Origin: Escherichia coli
GTDB lineage: Bacteria; Pseudomonadota; Gammaproteobacteria; Enterobacterales; Enterobacteriaceae
Length of the DNA stretch: 64,000 nt
Assembly: GCF_045037415.1 (NCBI RefSeq)
Contig: NZ_CP173438.1
Reading direction: 5' to 3' (one strand)
Below are positions 18,010-28,406 of the stretch, in pieces. Position 1 is the first letter of the stretch; every line of letters starts with the position of its first letter. Under the pieces are notes generated by a model. The model was given only the letters and a program-made list of their open reading frames with translations, searched no databases and was not told the origin of the DNA. Made by a program: the position numbers and the translations under genes.

Positions 18010-18039
18010 CCTGACTCTGGAAAAGTCAAAGGAGAAAGT

Positions 18040-18177
18040 GTGTTTGATTTTAGCAAACTGATTCGGGAGATTCGAGTGATGGCTGAAAAATTATCCACCT
18101 GGAAGTTCATTCTTATCTGGCTGGTGTTTGTGATTATGGCCTCCGGTTATTTCATCGGTCAGATACGCTGGTGGTGA
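18040..18177 (+). CDS. candidate small membrane peptide (45 aa)
   Basis: GTG at 18040 with GGAG 5 nt upstream; VFDFSKLIREIRVMAEKLSTWKFILIWLVFVIMASGYFIGQIRWW; stop abuts Rz ATG; not in ORF track (<60 aa). Confidence 0.3.
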   Translation: MFDFSKLIREIRVMAEKLSTWKFILIWLVFVIMASGYFIGQIRWW

Positions 18178-18178
18178 A

Positions 18179-18646
18179 ATGAACCGCGTACTGTGCGTGG
18201 TCATCATTGCCCTGCTGGTGGCCTGTGGTGCGCTTAGTCTGGGGCTGAATCATTACCGTGATAACGCCATAACCTACAAAGAGCAGCGCGATAAAAAAGT
18301 CAGTGAGCTGGAGCTGGCAAATGCAACCATTACTGATATGCAGCAGCGCCAGCGTGATGTTGCTGCACTTGATGCCAGATACTCGAGGGAATTAGCCGAT
18401 GCGAGAGCTGAAAATGAAACTCTTCGCGCTGACGTTGCCGCTGGTCACCGCAGCCTGCGGATCAACGCCACCTGTCCAGGTCCCGTGCGTGAAGCCACCG
18501 GCACCGCCCGCGTGGATAATGCAACCGGCCCCCAACTGGCAGACACCGTTACACGGGATTATTTCACCCTCAGAGAGCGGCTGATGACGATGCAGAAGCA
18601 ACTGGAAGGGGCACAGGACTATATCCGCACTCAGTGCCTGAAATAA
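18179..18646 (+). CDS. Rz: i-spanin Rz
   Basis: N-terminal TM anchor, coiled-coil periplasmic domain, close match to lambda Rz (AITYKEQRDKK...TRDYFTLRERL). Confidence 0.85.
   Translation: MNRVLCVVIIALLVACGALSLGLNHYRDNAITYKEQRDKKVSELELANATITDMQQRQRDVAALDARYSRELADARAENETLRADVAAGHRSLRINATCPGPVREATGTARVDNATGPQLADTVTRDYFTLRERLMTMQKQLEGAQDYIRTQCLK
18414..18584 (+). CDS. Rz1: o-spanin Rz1 (lipoprotein, embedded in Rz in +1 frame)
   Basis: MKLFALTLPLVTAAC lipobox, Pro-rich mature region, fully nested within Rz. Confidence 0.8.
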   Translation: MKLFALTLPLVTAACGSTPPVQVPCVKPPAPPAWIMQPAPNWQTPLHGIISPSESG

Positions 18647-19269
18647 GTTTTGCTGATGCGCGGTATTGTCGCCGTATCCCCGCATTAACAGAGACCGCAG
18701 CCCGACAGGGAGACTCCTCTGCGCGAGTGTGCGGGGATAATCAAAAACGATACACACCGGGGTTTACCGCGTTAACGGAGCGCGGCGTTGTCCCCTCATA
18801 GTCGCCTGTCCGGTGCGATGGTGGAAGAAGCCGGATGTTTATCACTATTAATTGATGACACAGAAATGGATTCATTGAATTTCAGCACGTTTTTGTATTC
18901 GTGTTATTGAACATCTGTTTATTTTACTTTTAACATATTGATAATAAAAAGAGCTGTAAATCTTTAGATGAGTCGATTTTGTCCGGGGAAGTTCAAATGG
19001 ATTTTATGCTGACGGTTTCTGGTGTGGTTATCCTGTCCATTGCTTATACTGCAGATAAATATGGCTGCCATTTGTTATCACGTATTGGCGCTTATTGTTC
19101 GTTGATGCTGATTTTCTCGTCGCTTTTTTTTGAGTAAGTTATATTAATTATAACAAATAATTTTCTGTGTTATTTTTTCAGGCTATCCCGTCAGAGGGGA
19201 AGCCTGTACTGCCAGGGAGCGAATGGAAAACTGATGTGTCCGGTAACTGCGTGTTCTGTGAACACCATG

Positions 19270-19455
19270 TTACTTAATTATGTAATTCATACCCGAACTC
19301 TCTGTTGACAGCCTTCTTCTGCAGGCTTCAATAACCCACGCTGAAAAGTTTCCTGAACCTTTCAGATCAAGAGCGATGTTAATTTGTTCAATCATCTGGT
19401 TTGGAAATCGGATGTTGCGGGTTGTTGTTCTGCGCGTTCTGTTCTTTGATGACAT
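19270..19455 (-). CDS. small putative ribbon-helix-helix DNA-binding protein
   Basis: 61 aa; basic N-terminus then RNIRFPNQMIEQINIALDL strand-helix pattern; GGGGA RBS; lies in the lambda-like right-end region near cos. Confidence 0.35.
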   Translation of the reverse strand: MSSKNRTRRTTTRNIRFPNQMIEQINIALDLKGSGNFSAWVIEACRRRLSTESSGMNYIIK

Positions 19456-19661
19456 AATGTTTCCCCATATTCAGTGTTGCTGATTTGTATTATCAGAAGT
19501 TGCTTTTACGTTAATTTGACGCAGATCAATTAATACGATACCTGCGTCATAATTGATTATTTCTCGTGGTTTGATGGCGTACACACATGTTGTGATAAAC
19601 CTTATATAGATGATAATCATTATCATTTCGTGGGTCCTTTCCGGCGATCCGACCGGTTACG

Positions 19662-19673
19662 GGGCGGCGACCT
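19662..19673. other. cos: cosN cohesive-end site, with cosB R sites to ~19830
   Basis: GGGCGGCGACCT followed by CGCGGGTTTTCGCTATTTATGAAAATTTT as recalled for lambda left end; R3-like CCGTTCTTCTTC and inverted pair AAAGGATCTGA / TCAGATCCTTT before Nu1. Confidence 0.8.
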
Positions 19674-19842
19674 CGCGGGTTTTCGCTATTTATGAAAATT
19701 TTTAGGGAAAAATCAGATCCGTTCTTCTTCTTTTTAACTGATTGATTATCAATAGAATTTTAAAAATATAAAAGGATCTGACAAAGGCTGTTTTTGTTAG
19801 AAAACGCCATTTTCAGATCCTTTCTGGTTCCCGGGGGAGTGT

Positions 19843-20391
19843 ATGAACGTCAATAAGAAAAAACTGGCCGATATTTTTGGCGTTGATGTCAGGACCATCA
19901 CCGCCTGGCAGAGTCAGGGGTTACCACTAGTTTCTGGTGGAGGGAAAGGGACTGAATCAGTTTTTGATACAACTGCTGCCATTCAGTGGTATGCGCAGAG
20001 GGAAGCTGATATTGAAAACGAAAAACTCCGTAAAGAGATCGAGGATTTGAGGGCTGCCAGCGAATCAGACCTTCAGCCCGGCACCATTGATTACGAACGT
20101 TACCGACTGACGAAGGCACAGGCCGATGCACAGGAGCTGAAAAATGCTCGTGAGGAAGGCCTTGTCCTCGAGACGGAGTTATTTACCTACATCTTTCAGC
20201 GAGTGGCACAGAATATATCAGGGATCCTTGTCCGTGTCCCTCAGACACTGCAGCGTAAATACCCTGATATATCACCCGTACATCTTGATGCTGTGAAAAC
20301 TGAAATCGCGAAAGCATCCGATGTGGCTTCTGAAGCCGGTGAGAATGTGCGCAGGTGGATTGATGATTTCAGACGAACTGAGGGCGGCTAA
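19843..20391 (+). CDS. nu1: terminase small subunit Nu1
   Basis: [28 protein letters not shown]...[46 protein letters not shown] closely matches lambda Nu1. Confidence 0.9.
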   Translation: MNVNKKKLADIFGVDVRTITAWQSQGLPLVSGGGKGTESVFDTTAAIQWYAQREADIENEKLRKEIEDLRAASESDLQPGTIDYERYRLTKAQADAQELKNAREEGLVLETELFTYIFQRVAQNISGILVRVPQTLQRKYPDISPVHLDAVKTEIAKASDVASEAGENVRRWIDDFRRTEGG

Positions 20392-22291
20392 TTCTGCAGG
20401 AGCGATAGCAACCGGCCTCCTTGCGCTAAAAATTCCTGTCCCTCTGACGACAGTTCAGTGGGCAGATCGACATTATTACCTTCCGAAAGAGTCATCTTAC
20501 ACCCCGGGGCGGTGGGAAACACTGCCGTTTCAGGTTGCCATCATGAACAGCATGGGGAATGACCGGATCCGCACTGTTAATCTGATTAAATCTGCCCGTG
20601 TTGGTTATACAAAGATGTTGCTGGGAGTGGAGGCTTATTTTATTGAGCATAAATCACGCAACAGCCTTCTTTTCCAGCCCACGGATTCTGCTGCTGAAGA
20701 TTTTATGAAATCTCATGTGGAACCCACGATCAGGGATGTGCCGGTTTTACTCGATCTTGCACCGTGGTTTGGGCGTAAACATCGTGATAATACCCTCACG
20801 CTGAAACGTTTTTCATCGGGCGTGGGCTTCTGGTGCCTGGGCGGGGCTGCCGCTAAAAACTACCGTGAAAAATCCGTGGACGTGGTCTGCTATGACGAAC
20901 TTTCCTCGTTCGAACCGGATGTCGAAAAAGAGGGTTCGCCAACCCTGCTTGGGGATAAACGTATTGAGGGCTCTGTATGGCCCAAATCCATTCGCGGCTC
21001 GACGCCTAAAATCAAAGGCACCTGCCAGATCGAAAAAGCGGCCAACGAGTCGGCGCATTTCATGCGTTTTTATGTGCCCTGCCCACACTGTGGGGAGGAG
21101 CAGTATCTGAAATTTGGCGATGAATCCACGCCTTTTGGCCTTAAATGGGAGAAGGACAGCCCCGAAAGCGTTTTCTACCTCTGTGAACATCATGGCTGCG
21201 TGATCCATCAGTCTGAGCTTGACCAGAGCAACGGGCGGTGGATCTGTGAAAACACGGGGATGTGGACCCGTGACGGTCTGACGTTTTTCAGCGCCGCGGA
21301 TAATGAAATTCCGCCGCCGCGCTCCATCACGTTCCATATCTGGACGGCGTACAGTCCGTTCACCACCTGGGTACAGATAGTCTATGACTGGCTGGATGCA
21401 CTGAAAGATCCCAACGGCCTGAAAACCTTTGTGAACACCACGCTGGGCGAGACCTGGGAAGAGGCCGTGGGCGAAAAACTCGATCACCAGGTACTGATGG
21501 ATAAGGTCGTGCATTACACGGCGGCGGTGCCAGCCCGGGTGGTTTATCTGACGGCGGGCATTGACTCGCAGCGAAACCGTTTTGAGATGTATGTCTGGGG
21601 ATGGGCACCGGGAGAGGAAGCTTTTCTGGTGGATAAAATCATCATTATGGGCCGTCCCGATGAGGAAGAGACGCTGTTACGTGTGGATGCGGCGATCAAC
21701 AAAAAATACTGCCATGCAGACGGAACCGAAATGACCATTTCCCGTGTCTGCTGGGACACCGGGGGGATCGATGGTGAAATTGTCTATCAGAGGTCAAAAA
21801 AACACGGTGTTTTCCGGGTGCTGCCGGTAAAAGGCGCATCTGTCTATGGCAAGCCGGTGATCACCATGCCGAAAACCCGCAATCAGCGGGGCGTGTATCT
21901 GTGTGAAGTGGGGACGGACACCGCAAAAGAAATTCTCTATGCCCGTATGAAAGCCGATCCCACGCCTGCGGATGAAGCCACGTCGTATGCCATCCGTTTT
22001 CCTGATGATCCGGAGATTTTTTCGCAGACAGAGGCGCAGCAACTGGTCGCGGAAGAGCTTGTGGAGAAGTGGGAAAAAGGAAAGATGCGTCTGCTGTGGG
22101 ATAACAAAAAGCGGCGTAACGAAGCGCTGGACTGCCTGGTGTATGCCTATGCGGCATTACGTGTGTCCGTGCAACGCTGGCAGCTTGATCTGGCTGTACT
22201 GGCAAAATCCCGGGAAGAAGAGACGACCCGGCCAACCCTTAAAGAACTGGCAGCGAAGCTGTCCGGAGGAGTGAATGGTTACAGTCGCTGA
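20363..22291 (+). CDS. A: terminase large subunit A
   Basis: Lambda gpA-like throughout ([25 protein letters not shown]...); probable start MISDELR at 20363 overlapping Nu1 end. Confidence 0.9.
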   Translation: MISDELRAANSAGAIATGLLALKIPVPLTTVQWADRHYYLPKESSYTPGRWETLPFQVAIMNSMGNDRIRTVNLIKSARVGYTKMLLGVEAYFIEHKSRNSLLFQPTDSAAEDFMKSHVEPTIRDVPVLLDLAPWFGRKHRDNTLTLKRFSSGVGFWCLGGAAAKNYREKSVDVVCYDELSSFEPDVEKEGSPTLLGDKRIEGSVWPKSIRGSTPKIKGTCQIEKAANESAHFMRFYVPCPHCGEEQYLKFGDESTPFGLKWEKDSPESVFYLCEHHGCVIHQSELDQSNGRWICENTGMWTRDGLTFFSAADNEIPPPRSITFHIWTAYSPFTTWVQIVYDWLDALKDPNGLKTFVNTTLGETWEEAVGEKLDHQVLMDKVVHYTAAVPARVVYLTAGIDSQRNRFEMYVWGWAPGEEAFLVDKIIIMGRPDEEETLLRVDAAINKKYCHADGTEMTISRVCWDTGGIDGEIVYQRSKKHGVFRVLPVKGASVYGKPVITMPKTRNQRGVYLCEVGTDTAKEILYARMKADPTPADEATSYAIRFPDDPEIFSQTEAQQLVAEELVEKWEKGKMRLLWDNKKRRNEALDCLVYAYAALRVSVQRWQLDLAVLAKSREEETTRPTLKELAAKLSGGVNGYSR

Positions 22292-22481
22292 ACTACAGGC
22301 GCTGCGTCAGGCGCGCCTTGATTTATTAACCGGTAAACGGGTGGTGTCTGTCCAGAAAGATGGTCGCAGAATTGAATATACGGCGGCTTCTCTGGATGAG
22401 CTTAACCGGGCGATCAATGATGCGGAGTCGGTACTGGGGACAACCCGACGTCGCCGTCGTCCGCTGGGAGTGAGGTTATGA
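22275..22481 (+). CDS. W: head-tail joining protein W
   Basis: LTGKRVVSVQKDGRRIEYTAASLDEL matches lambda gpW. Confidence 0.85.
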   Translation: MVTVAELQALRQARLDLLTGKRVVSVQKDGRRIEYTAASLDELNRAINDAESVLGTTRRRRRPLGVRL

Positions 22482-24070
22482 AACGAACGCCTGTCCTGAT
22501 TGATGTGAACGGCGTTCCGCTTCGTGAGAGTCTCAGCTACAACGGGAGCGGCGCAGGATTTGGCGGGCAAATGGCGGAGTGGTTGCCACCGGCGCAGAGT
22601 GCCGATGCGGCCCTGCTACCCGCGTTGCGTCTGGGGAATGCCCGGGCAGATGATCTGGTGCGCAATAACGGAATAGCGGCTAATGCGGTGGCTCTGCATA
22701 AGGATCACATTGTCGGGCATATGTTTCTGATCAGCTACCGTCCGAACTGGCGCTGGCTGGGGATGCGGGAGACCGCAGCAAAAAGCTTTGTCGATGAGGT
22801 GGAGGCGGCCTGGTCGGAATACGCCGAAGGGATGTTTGGTGAGATCGACGTGGAAGGAAAACGCACGTTCACGGAATTTATCCGTGAAGGTGTGGGCGTT
22901 CATGCGTTTAACGGCGAAATCTTTGTGCAGCCGGTCTGGGATACGGAAACCACGCAGTTATTCCGTACGCGTTTTAAAGCCGTGAGTCCGAAACGGGTGG
23001 ACACGCCTGGACACGGTATGGGGAACCGTTTTCTGCGGGCCGGTGTGGAGGTCGATCGATATGGCCGTGCCGTCGCGTACCATATTTGTGAGGACGATTT
23101 TCCGTTCTCTGGTAGTGGACGATGGGAACGGATCCCGCGTGAACTTCCCACCGGGCGTCCGGCCATGCTGCATATTTTCGAGCCGGTGGAGGACGGGCAG
23201 ACCCGTGGGGCTAATCAGTTTTACAGCGTCATGGAACGGCTGAAGATGCTCGATTCCCTGCAGGCAACACAGCTTCAGTCGGCCATAGTGAAGGCGATGT
23301 ATGCAGCGACGATTGAAAGTGAACTTGATACCGAAAAGGCCTTTGAATATATCGCCGGTGCGCCGCAGGGGCAGAAGGATAATCCGCTTATTAATATTCT
23401 GGATAAGTTCTCCACCTGGTATGACACGAATCACGTGACGCTGGGCGGTGTCAAAATTCCGCACCTTTTCCCCGGTGATGATCTGAAACTTCAGACCGCG
23501 CAGGATTCAGACAATGGATTTTCAGCGCTTGAACAGGCGCTGCTGCGGTATATCGCCGCCGGTCTTGGCGTTTCCTACGAACAGTTGTCCCGTGATTACT
23601 CGAAGGTCAGTTATTCAAGTGCCCGCGCCTCCGCCAATGAGTCGTGGCGCTATTTTATGGGGCGGCGAAAATTTATTGCGTCCCGGCTGGCCACGCAGAT
23701 GTTTTCCTGCTGGCTGGAAGAGGCACTTCTTCGGGGGATTATTCGTCCGCCACGGGCACGTTTTGATTTTTATCAGGCGCGATCAGCCTGGTCACGGGCT
23801 GAGTGGATTGGAGCCGGAAGAATGGCCATTGACGGGCTCAAGGAGGTTCAGGAATCAGTGATGCGCATTGAGGCCGGACTGAGCACGTATGAGAAAGAGC
23901 TGGCGCTGATGGGCGAGGATTATCAGGACATTTTCCGCCAGCAGGTCAGGGAATCTGCAGAGCGGGAAAAAGCCGGACTCTCACGTCCGGTGTGGATAGC
24001 GCAGGCGTATCAGCAGCAGATAGCGGAGAGTCGCAGGCCGGAAGAGGAGACAACACCACGTGAGACGTAA
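22478..24070 (+). CDS. B: portal protein B
   Basis: 530 aa; lambda gpB-like; gene order. Confidence 0.9.
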   Translation: MKRTPVLIDVNGVPLRESLSYNGSGAGFGGQMAEWLPPAQSADAALLPALRLGNARADDLVRNNGIAANAVALHKDHIVGHMFLISYRPNWRWLGMRETAAKSFVDEVEAAWSEYAEGMFGEIDVEGKRTFTEFIREGVGVHAFNGEIFVQPVWDTETTQLFRTRFKAVSPKRVDTPGHGMGNRFLRAGVEVDRYGRAVAYHICEDDFPFSGSGRWERIPRELPTGRPAMLHIFEPVEDGQTRGANQFYSVMERLKMLDSLQATQLQSAIVKAMYAATIESELDTEKAFEYIAGAPQGQKDNPLINILDKFSTWYDTNHVTLGGVKIPHLFPGDDLKLQTAQDSDNGFSALEQALLRYIAAGLGVSYEQLSRDYSKVSYSSARASANESWRYFMGRRKFIASRLATQMFSCWLEEALLRGIIRPPRARFDFYQARSAWSRAEWIGAGRMAIDGLKEVQESVMRIEAGLSTYEKELALMGEDYQDIFRQQVRESAEREKAGLSRPVWIAQAYQQQIAESRRPEEETTPRET

Positions 24071-25565
24071 TCTTTCACACATTATTGCCGCAGCATTCAA
24101 TGAACCGCTGCTTCTGGAGCCCGCCTATGCGCGGGTTTTCTTTTGCGCGCTCGGGCGCGAGATGGGGGCAGCAAGTCTTTCGGTACCACAACAGCAGGTA
24201 CAGCTTGATGCTCCCGGAATGCTGGCTGAAACGGACGAGTACATGGCCGGAGGTAAACGACCGGCCCGTGTTTACCGGGTGGTGAACGGTATTGCGGTAC
24301 TGCCGGTGAGCGGCACGCTGGTGCACCGGCTGGGGGGGATGCGGCCATTTTCCGGAATGACTGGCTATGACGGCATTGTCGCCTGTCTTCAGCAGGCAAT
24401 GGCAGATAGCCAGGTGCGGGGCATACTGCTGGACATTGACAGTCCGGGCGGGCAGGCCGCCGGCGCGTTTGACTGCGCTGACATGATTTACCGCCTCCGT
24501 CAGCAGAAGCCGGTCTGGGCACTGTGCAATGACACGGCCTGTTCTGCAGCCATGCTGCTGGCGTCGGCCTGCTCCCGACGGCTGGTTACCCAGACATCCC
24601 GTATCGGCTCCATTGGCGTGATGATGAGCCATGTCAGCTATGCCGGTCATCTGGCGCAGGCCGGTGTGGATATCACGCTGATTTATGCCGGGGCGCACAA
24701 GGTGGATGGCAATCAGTTTGAAGCGTTGCCGGCAGAGGTTCGCCAGGATATGCAGCAGCGGATTGATGCGGCGCACCGGATGTTTGCCGAAAAAGTGGCG
24801 ATGTATACCGGGTTGTCTGTGGATGCGGTCACGGGAACAGAGGCCGCCGTTTTTGAAGGTCAGTCCGGCATTGAGGCCGGGCTGGCGGATGAATTAATCA
24901 ATGCGTCGGATGCCATCAGTGTGATGGCCACGGCGCTGAACAGTAATGTCAGAGGAGGCACTATGCCGCAATTAACTGCAACGGAAGCCGCCGTGCAGGA
25001 GAACCAGCGAGTGATGGGGATCCTGACATGCCAGGAAGCGAAAGGACGTGAACAGCTTGCCACGATGCTGGCAGGGCAACAGGGCATGAGCGTTGAACAG
25101 GCCCGGGCGATTCTGGCCGCGGCGGCACCGCAGCAGCCGGTGGCATCCGCGCAGAGTGAAGCCGATCGCATTATGGCGTGTGAAGAAGCGAACGGTCGTG
25201 AACAACTGGCAGTAACGCTGGCGGCGATGCCGGAGATGACGGTGGAAAAAGCCCGCCCGATCCTGGCTGCTTCACCGCAGGCGAATGCCGGACCATCACT
25301 CCGTGATCAGATCATGGCCCTGGATGAGGCAAAAGGGGCTGAGGCGCAGGCTGAACAGCTGGCTGCCTGCCCGGGAATGACCGTGGAGAGCGCCCGGGCT
25401 GTGCTGGCTGCGGGATCAGGTAAGGCAGAACCGGTCTCTGCATCCACAACCGCCCTGTTTGAACATTTCATGGCGAACCATTCACCGGCTGCGGTCCAGG
25501 GGGGCGTGTCACAGGCGTCAGAAGACGGTGATGCGGACGTGAAAATGCTCATGGCCATGCCATGA
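24060..25565 (+). CDS. C: prohead protease/scaffold C (ClpP/S49-type), with Nu3-like scaffold region in C-terminal part
   Basis: N-terminus NEPLLLEPAYARVFFCALG like lambda gpC; C-terminal half has three ~35-aa tandem repeats. Confidence 0.85.
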   Translation: MRRNLSHIIAAAFNEPLLLEPAYARVFFCALGREMGAASLSVPQQQVQLDAPGMLAETDEYMAGGKRPARVYRVVNGIAVLPVSGTLVHRLGGMRPFSGMTGYDGIVACLQQAMADSQVRGILLDIDSPGGQAAGAFDCADMIYRLRQQKPVWALCNDTACSAAMLLASACSRRLVTQTSRIGSIGVMMSHVSYAGHLAQAGVDITLIYAGAHKVDGNQFEALPAEVRQDMQQRIDAAHRMFAEKVAMYTGLSVDAVTGTEAAVFEGQSGIEAGLADELINASDAISVMATALNSNVRGGTMPQLTATEAAVQENQRVMGILTCQEAKGREQLATMLAGQQGMSVEQARAILAAAAPQQPVASAQSEADRIMACEEANGREQLAVTLAAMPEMTVEKARPILAASPQANAGPSLRDQIMALDEAKGAEAQAEQLAACPGMTVESARAVLAAGSGKAEPVSASTTALFEHFMANHSPAAVQGGVSQASEDGDADVKMLMAMP

Positions 25566-25601
25566 AGTCAGTGCTGAACATCAATACGAGGTTTTAACAA
25601 T

Positions 25602-25949
25602 ATGGTGACGAAAACCATCACTGAACAGCGTGCGGAAGTACGTATTTTTGCCGGTAATGATCCGGCTCACACCGCCACAGGCAGCAGCGGGATTTCCTCG
25701 GCAACACCGGCACTGACACCCCTGATGCTGGATGGGGCCACCGGGAAACTGGTGGTCTGGGACGGACAGAAAGCCGGTAGTGCGGTTGGCATACTGGTAC
25801 TGCCGCTTGAAGGCACAGAGGCGGTGCTGACCTATTACAAGTCGGGGACCTTTGCGACGGAGGCAATCCGCTGGCCTGAAAGTGTGGATGAACACAAAAA
25901 GGCCAACGCCTTTACCGGCAGTGCCCTGAGTCACGCGGCGCTGCCGTAA
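25602..25949 (+). CDS. D: head decoration protein D
   Basis: DPAHTAT...TPLMLD...YKSGTF matches lambda gpD. Confidence 0.85.
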   Translation: MVTKTITEQRAEVRIFAGNDPAHTATGSSGISSATPALTPLMLDGATGKLVVWDGQKAGSAVGILVLPLEGTEAVLTYYKSGTFATEAIRWPESVDEHKKANAFTGSALSHAALP

Positions 25950-26006
25950 CACGTTATCAGGCCACCGCGTTGGCCTGACTGATTTCTTAATGAAAGGAAC
26001 TGATTT

Positions 26007-27035
26007 ATGGGATTGTTTACGACCCGCCAGTTACTCGGTTATACCGAACAAAAAGTTAAATTCCGTGCGCTGTTTCTGGAGCTGTTTTTCCGCCGTACGG
26101 TGAATTTCCACACCGAAGAGGTGATGCTGGACAAAATTACCGGAAAAACGCCGGTGGCGGCCTATGTCTCCCCGATCGTTGAAGGAAAAGTGCTTCGCCA
26201 TCGCGGTGGTGAAACCCGCGTGTTACGTCCGGGCTACGTCAAGCCCAAACACGAATTTAATTACCAGCAGGCGGTTGAGCGCCTTCCTGGTGAAGATCCG
26301 GCTCAGCTGAACGACCCGGCCTACCGTCGTCTGCGTATCATTACCGATAACCTCAAACAGGAAGAGCACGCCATTGTCCAGGTGGAAGAAATGCAGGCGG
26401 TGAATGCCGTGCTGTATGGCAAATACACCATGGAAGGGGAACAGTTTGACACGGTCGAGGTGGATTTCGGACGCTCTGAAGGAAATAACATTGAGCAGGC
26501 CGACGGTAAAAAATGGTCTGAGCAGGACCGTGATACGTTTGATCCGACGCATGATATTGACCTTTACTGCGATCAGGCCAGCGGTCTTGTAAATATTGCC
26601 ATTATGGACGGTACGGTCTGGCGTCTGCTGAATGGCTTTAAGCTGTTCCGCGAAAAACTGGATACCCGTCGCGGCTCAAATTCACAACTCGAAACGGCAG
26701 TGAAAGACCTGGGAGCGGTGGTGTCTTTCAAAGGGTATTACGGTGATCTGGCCATTGTGGTGGCGAAAACGTCTTATGTGGCAGACGACGGTACCGAAAA
26801 ACGTTATCTGCCGGTGGGCACACTGGTCCTGGGGAATACGGCAGCAGAGGGCATTCGTTGCTATGGTGCCATTCAGGATGCGCAGGCGTTGTCCGAAGGT
26901 GTGGTGGCCTCTTCCCGTTATCCGAAACACTGGCTGACTGTGGGCGATCCGGCCCGTGAATTCACCATGACGCAGTCCGCACCGCTGATGGTGCTGCCGG
27001 ATCCGGATGAGTTTGTGGTGGTGCAGGTGAAATAA
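26007..27035 (+). CDS. E: major capsid protein E
   Basis: 342 aa; PGYVKPKHE, DTRRGSNS.LETAVKDLG, GDPAREFTM.QSAPLM match lambda gpE. Confidence 0.9.
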   Translation: MGLFTTRQLLGYTEQKVKFRALFLELFFRRTVNFHTEEVMLDKITGKTPVAAYVSPIVEGKVLRHRGGETRVLRPGYVKPKHEFNYQQAVERLPGEDPAQLNDPAYRRLRIITDNLKQEEHAIVQVEEMQAVNAVLYGKYTMEGEQFDTVEVDFGRSEGNNIEQADGKKWSEQDRDTFDPTHDIDLYCDQASGLVNIAIMDGTVWRLLNGFKLFREKLDTRRGSNSQLETAVKDLGAVVSFKGYYGDLAIVVAKTSYVADDGTEKRYLPVGTLVLGNTAAEGIRCYGAIQDAQALSEGVVASSRYPKHWLTVGDPAREFTMTQSAPLMVLPDPDEFVVVQVK

Positions 27036-27086
27036 TCCGTGAGCGGGGGCGAAATGCCCCCGTGTCTTTTTTCACAGGAGGCTGAG

Positions 27087-27470
27087 ATGGCAACAAAAGA
27101 AGAAAATCTGAATCGTCTTCGTCAACTGGCTGGCCTGCTGGGGCGCGAGGCGGATATGTCGGGGAGTGCTGCGGATATTGCGCAACGTGTGTCTGAGTGG
27201 GAAGAGGAGCTTGCTGTTTCCCCGGAGGGCATTATGCACTCTGATGAGAGCGGGGCTGATCAAAATCACACAGACGATGGTGAGCAGTTGAACAACACGG
27301 ATGCTCCGGATGATGTTAAAGCCGTCCGGGTACGGAAGTGCCTGCAAGTAATGGGGTATTGCCCGGAGACAGGTCGTCCCGTTGAGCTGGCGTTACGGGG
27401 TATGCGTGTTCTGGTGCCATCATCACTGGCAACGGCCATGATACAGCACGGAACGGCTGAATATGCGTGA
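27087..27470 (+). CDS. FI: DNA packaging protein FI
   Basis: Position and size; AGGAGG RBS before ATG at 27087 (MATKEEN); ORF track begins at 27039. Confidence 0.7.
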   Translation: MATKEENLNRLRQLAGLLGREADMSGSAADIAQRVSEWEEELAVSPEGIMHSDESGADQNHTDDGEQLNNTDAPDDVKAVRVRKCLQVMGYCPETGRPVELALRGMRVLVPSSLATAMIQHGTAEYA

Positions 27471-27816
27471 TTTTCAGAATGCCTTTGATGCTGCCCTCGC
27501 CGGGGTAGACAGTACGATCGTTGAAGTGATGGGACTCTGTGCGCAGTTCACCTCGGGGGCACAGTGTGGCAGCGAAGTTCAGGGGGTTTTTGACGATCCG
27601 GAGTCGCTGGGGGTTGCCGGTGGCGGGGTCCGTATTGAAGGAAGCTGCCCGTCATTATTTGTGCGGACGGATACGGTTCGTGCCGTGCGGCGTGGTGACA
27701 CGCTGACCATTAATGGTGAGACATTCTGGGTGGATCGTGTTTCTCCGGATGACGGGGGCAGCTGTTATCTCTGGCTCAACCGTGGGCAACCACCCGCAGT
27801 TAACCGGCGACGATAA
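27463..27816 (+). CDS. FII: head-tail connector protein FII
   Basis: GVFDDPE...SLFVRTD.VR..RRGDTLTI....FWVDRVSPDDGGSC.LWL.RG.PPAVNRRR matches lambda FII. Confidence 0.85.
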   Translation: MRDFQNAFDAALAGVDSTIVEVMGLCAQFTSGAQCGSEVQGVFDDPESLGVAGGGVRIEGSCPSLFVRTDTVRAVRRGDTLTINGETFWVDRVSPDDGGSCYLWLNRGQPPAVNRRR

Positions 27817-27830
27817 ACGCAGGGTGAATT

Positions 27831-28406
27831 ATGGCGATAAAAGGGCTTGATCAGGCGATTGACAATCTGAGCCGGGTTCGTAAAAACGCCATTCCGGCTG
27901 CTTCTGCAATGACCATTAACCGCGTGGCCATAACGGCGATTAATCAGTCTTCGTCACAGGTTGCCCGGGAAACCAGGGTGAGACGGAAACTGGTAAAGGA
28001 ACGGTCCAGACTGAAACGGGCGACGGTCAGAAATCCGAATGCCAGAATTATCGTTAACCGCGGTGATCTCCCTGTGATTAAGCTGGGGATCAGAATGCTG
28101 GGGCGTCGTCCGAACAGCATACTCAAAGCCGGTCAGCATCGTTATCAGCGGGCATTTATCCAGCGATTAAATAATGGGCGCTGGCATGTTATGCAACGTC
28201 TTCCCCAGGCCAGATATGAGGAGGGCAATGACGACAAGGGAAGGAAAAAGCGTAATCGCCTTCCCATTCAGGTGGTGAAAATCCCGATGGCGGCCCCACT
28301 GAAACAGGCATTTGATGAGAATGTTGACCGTATCCGGCGTGAACGCCTGCCTAAAGAACTGGCATACGCGCTGAAACAACAACTGAGGATTGCGATAAAA
28401 CGATGA
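27831..28406 (+). CDS. Z: tail completion protein Z
   Basis: 191 aa; gene order and lambda gpZ-like sequence. Confidence 0.85.
   Translation: MAIKGLDQAIDNLSRVRKNAIPAASAMTINRVAITAINQSSSQVARETRVRRKLVKERSRLKRATVRNPNARIIVNRGDLPVIKLGIRMLGRRPNSILKAGQHRYQRAFIQRLNNGRWHVMQRLPQARYEEGNDDKGRKKRNRLPIQVVKIPMAAPLKQAFDENVDRIRRERLPKELAYALKQQLRIAIKR

Noticed and set aside
18840-19640. AT-rich stretch between Rz and cos, first suspected to be a cargo island
   Set aside because: It matches my recollection of the conserved lambda right-end sequence leading into cos (including the small minus-strand ORF), so it is probably backbone; a 46-aa hydrophobic plus-strand ORF at 18996-19136 is unsupported.
20813-21514. 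233-aa minus-strand ORF inside terminase large subunit gene
   Set aside because: Antisense to strongly supported gene A.
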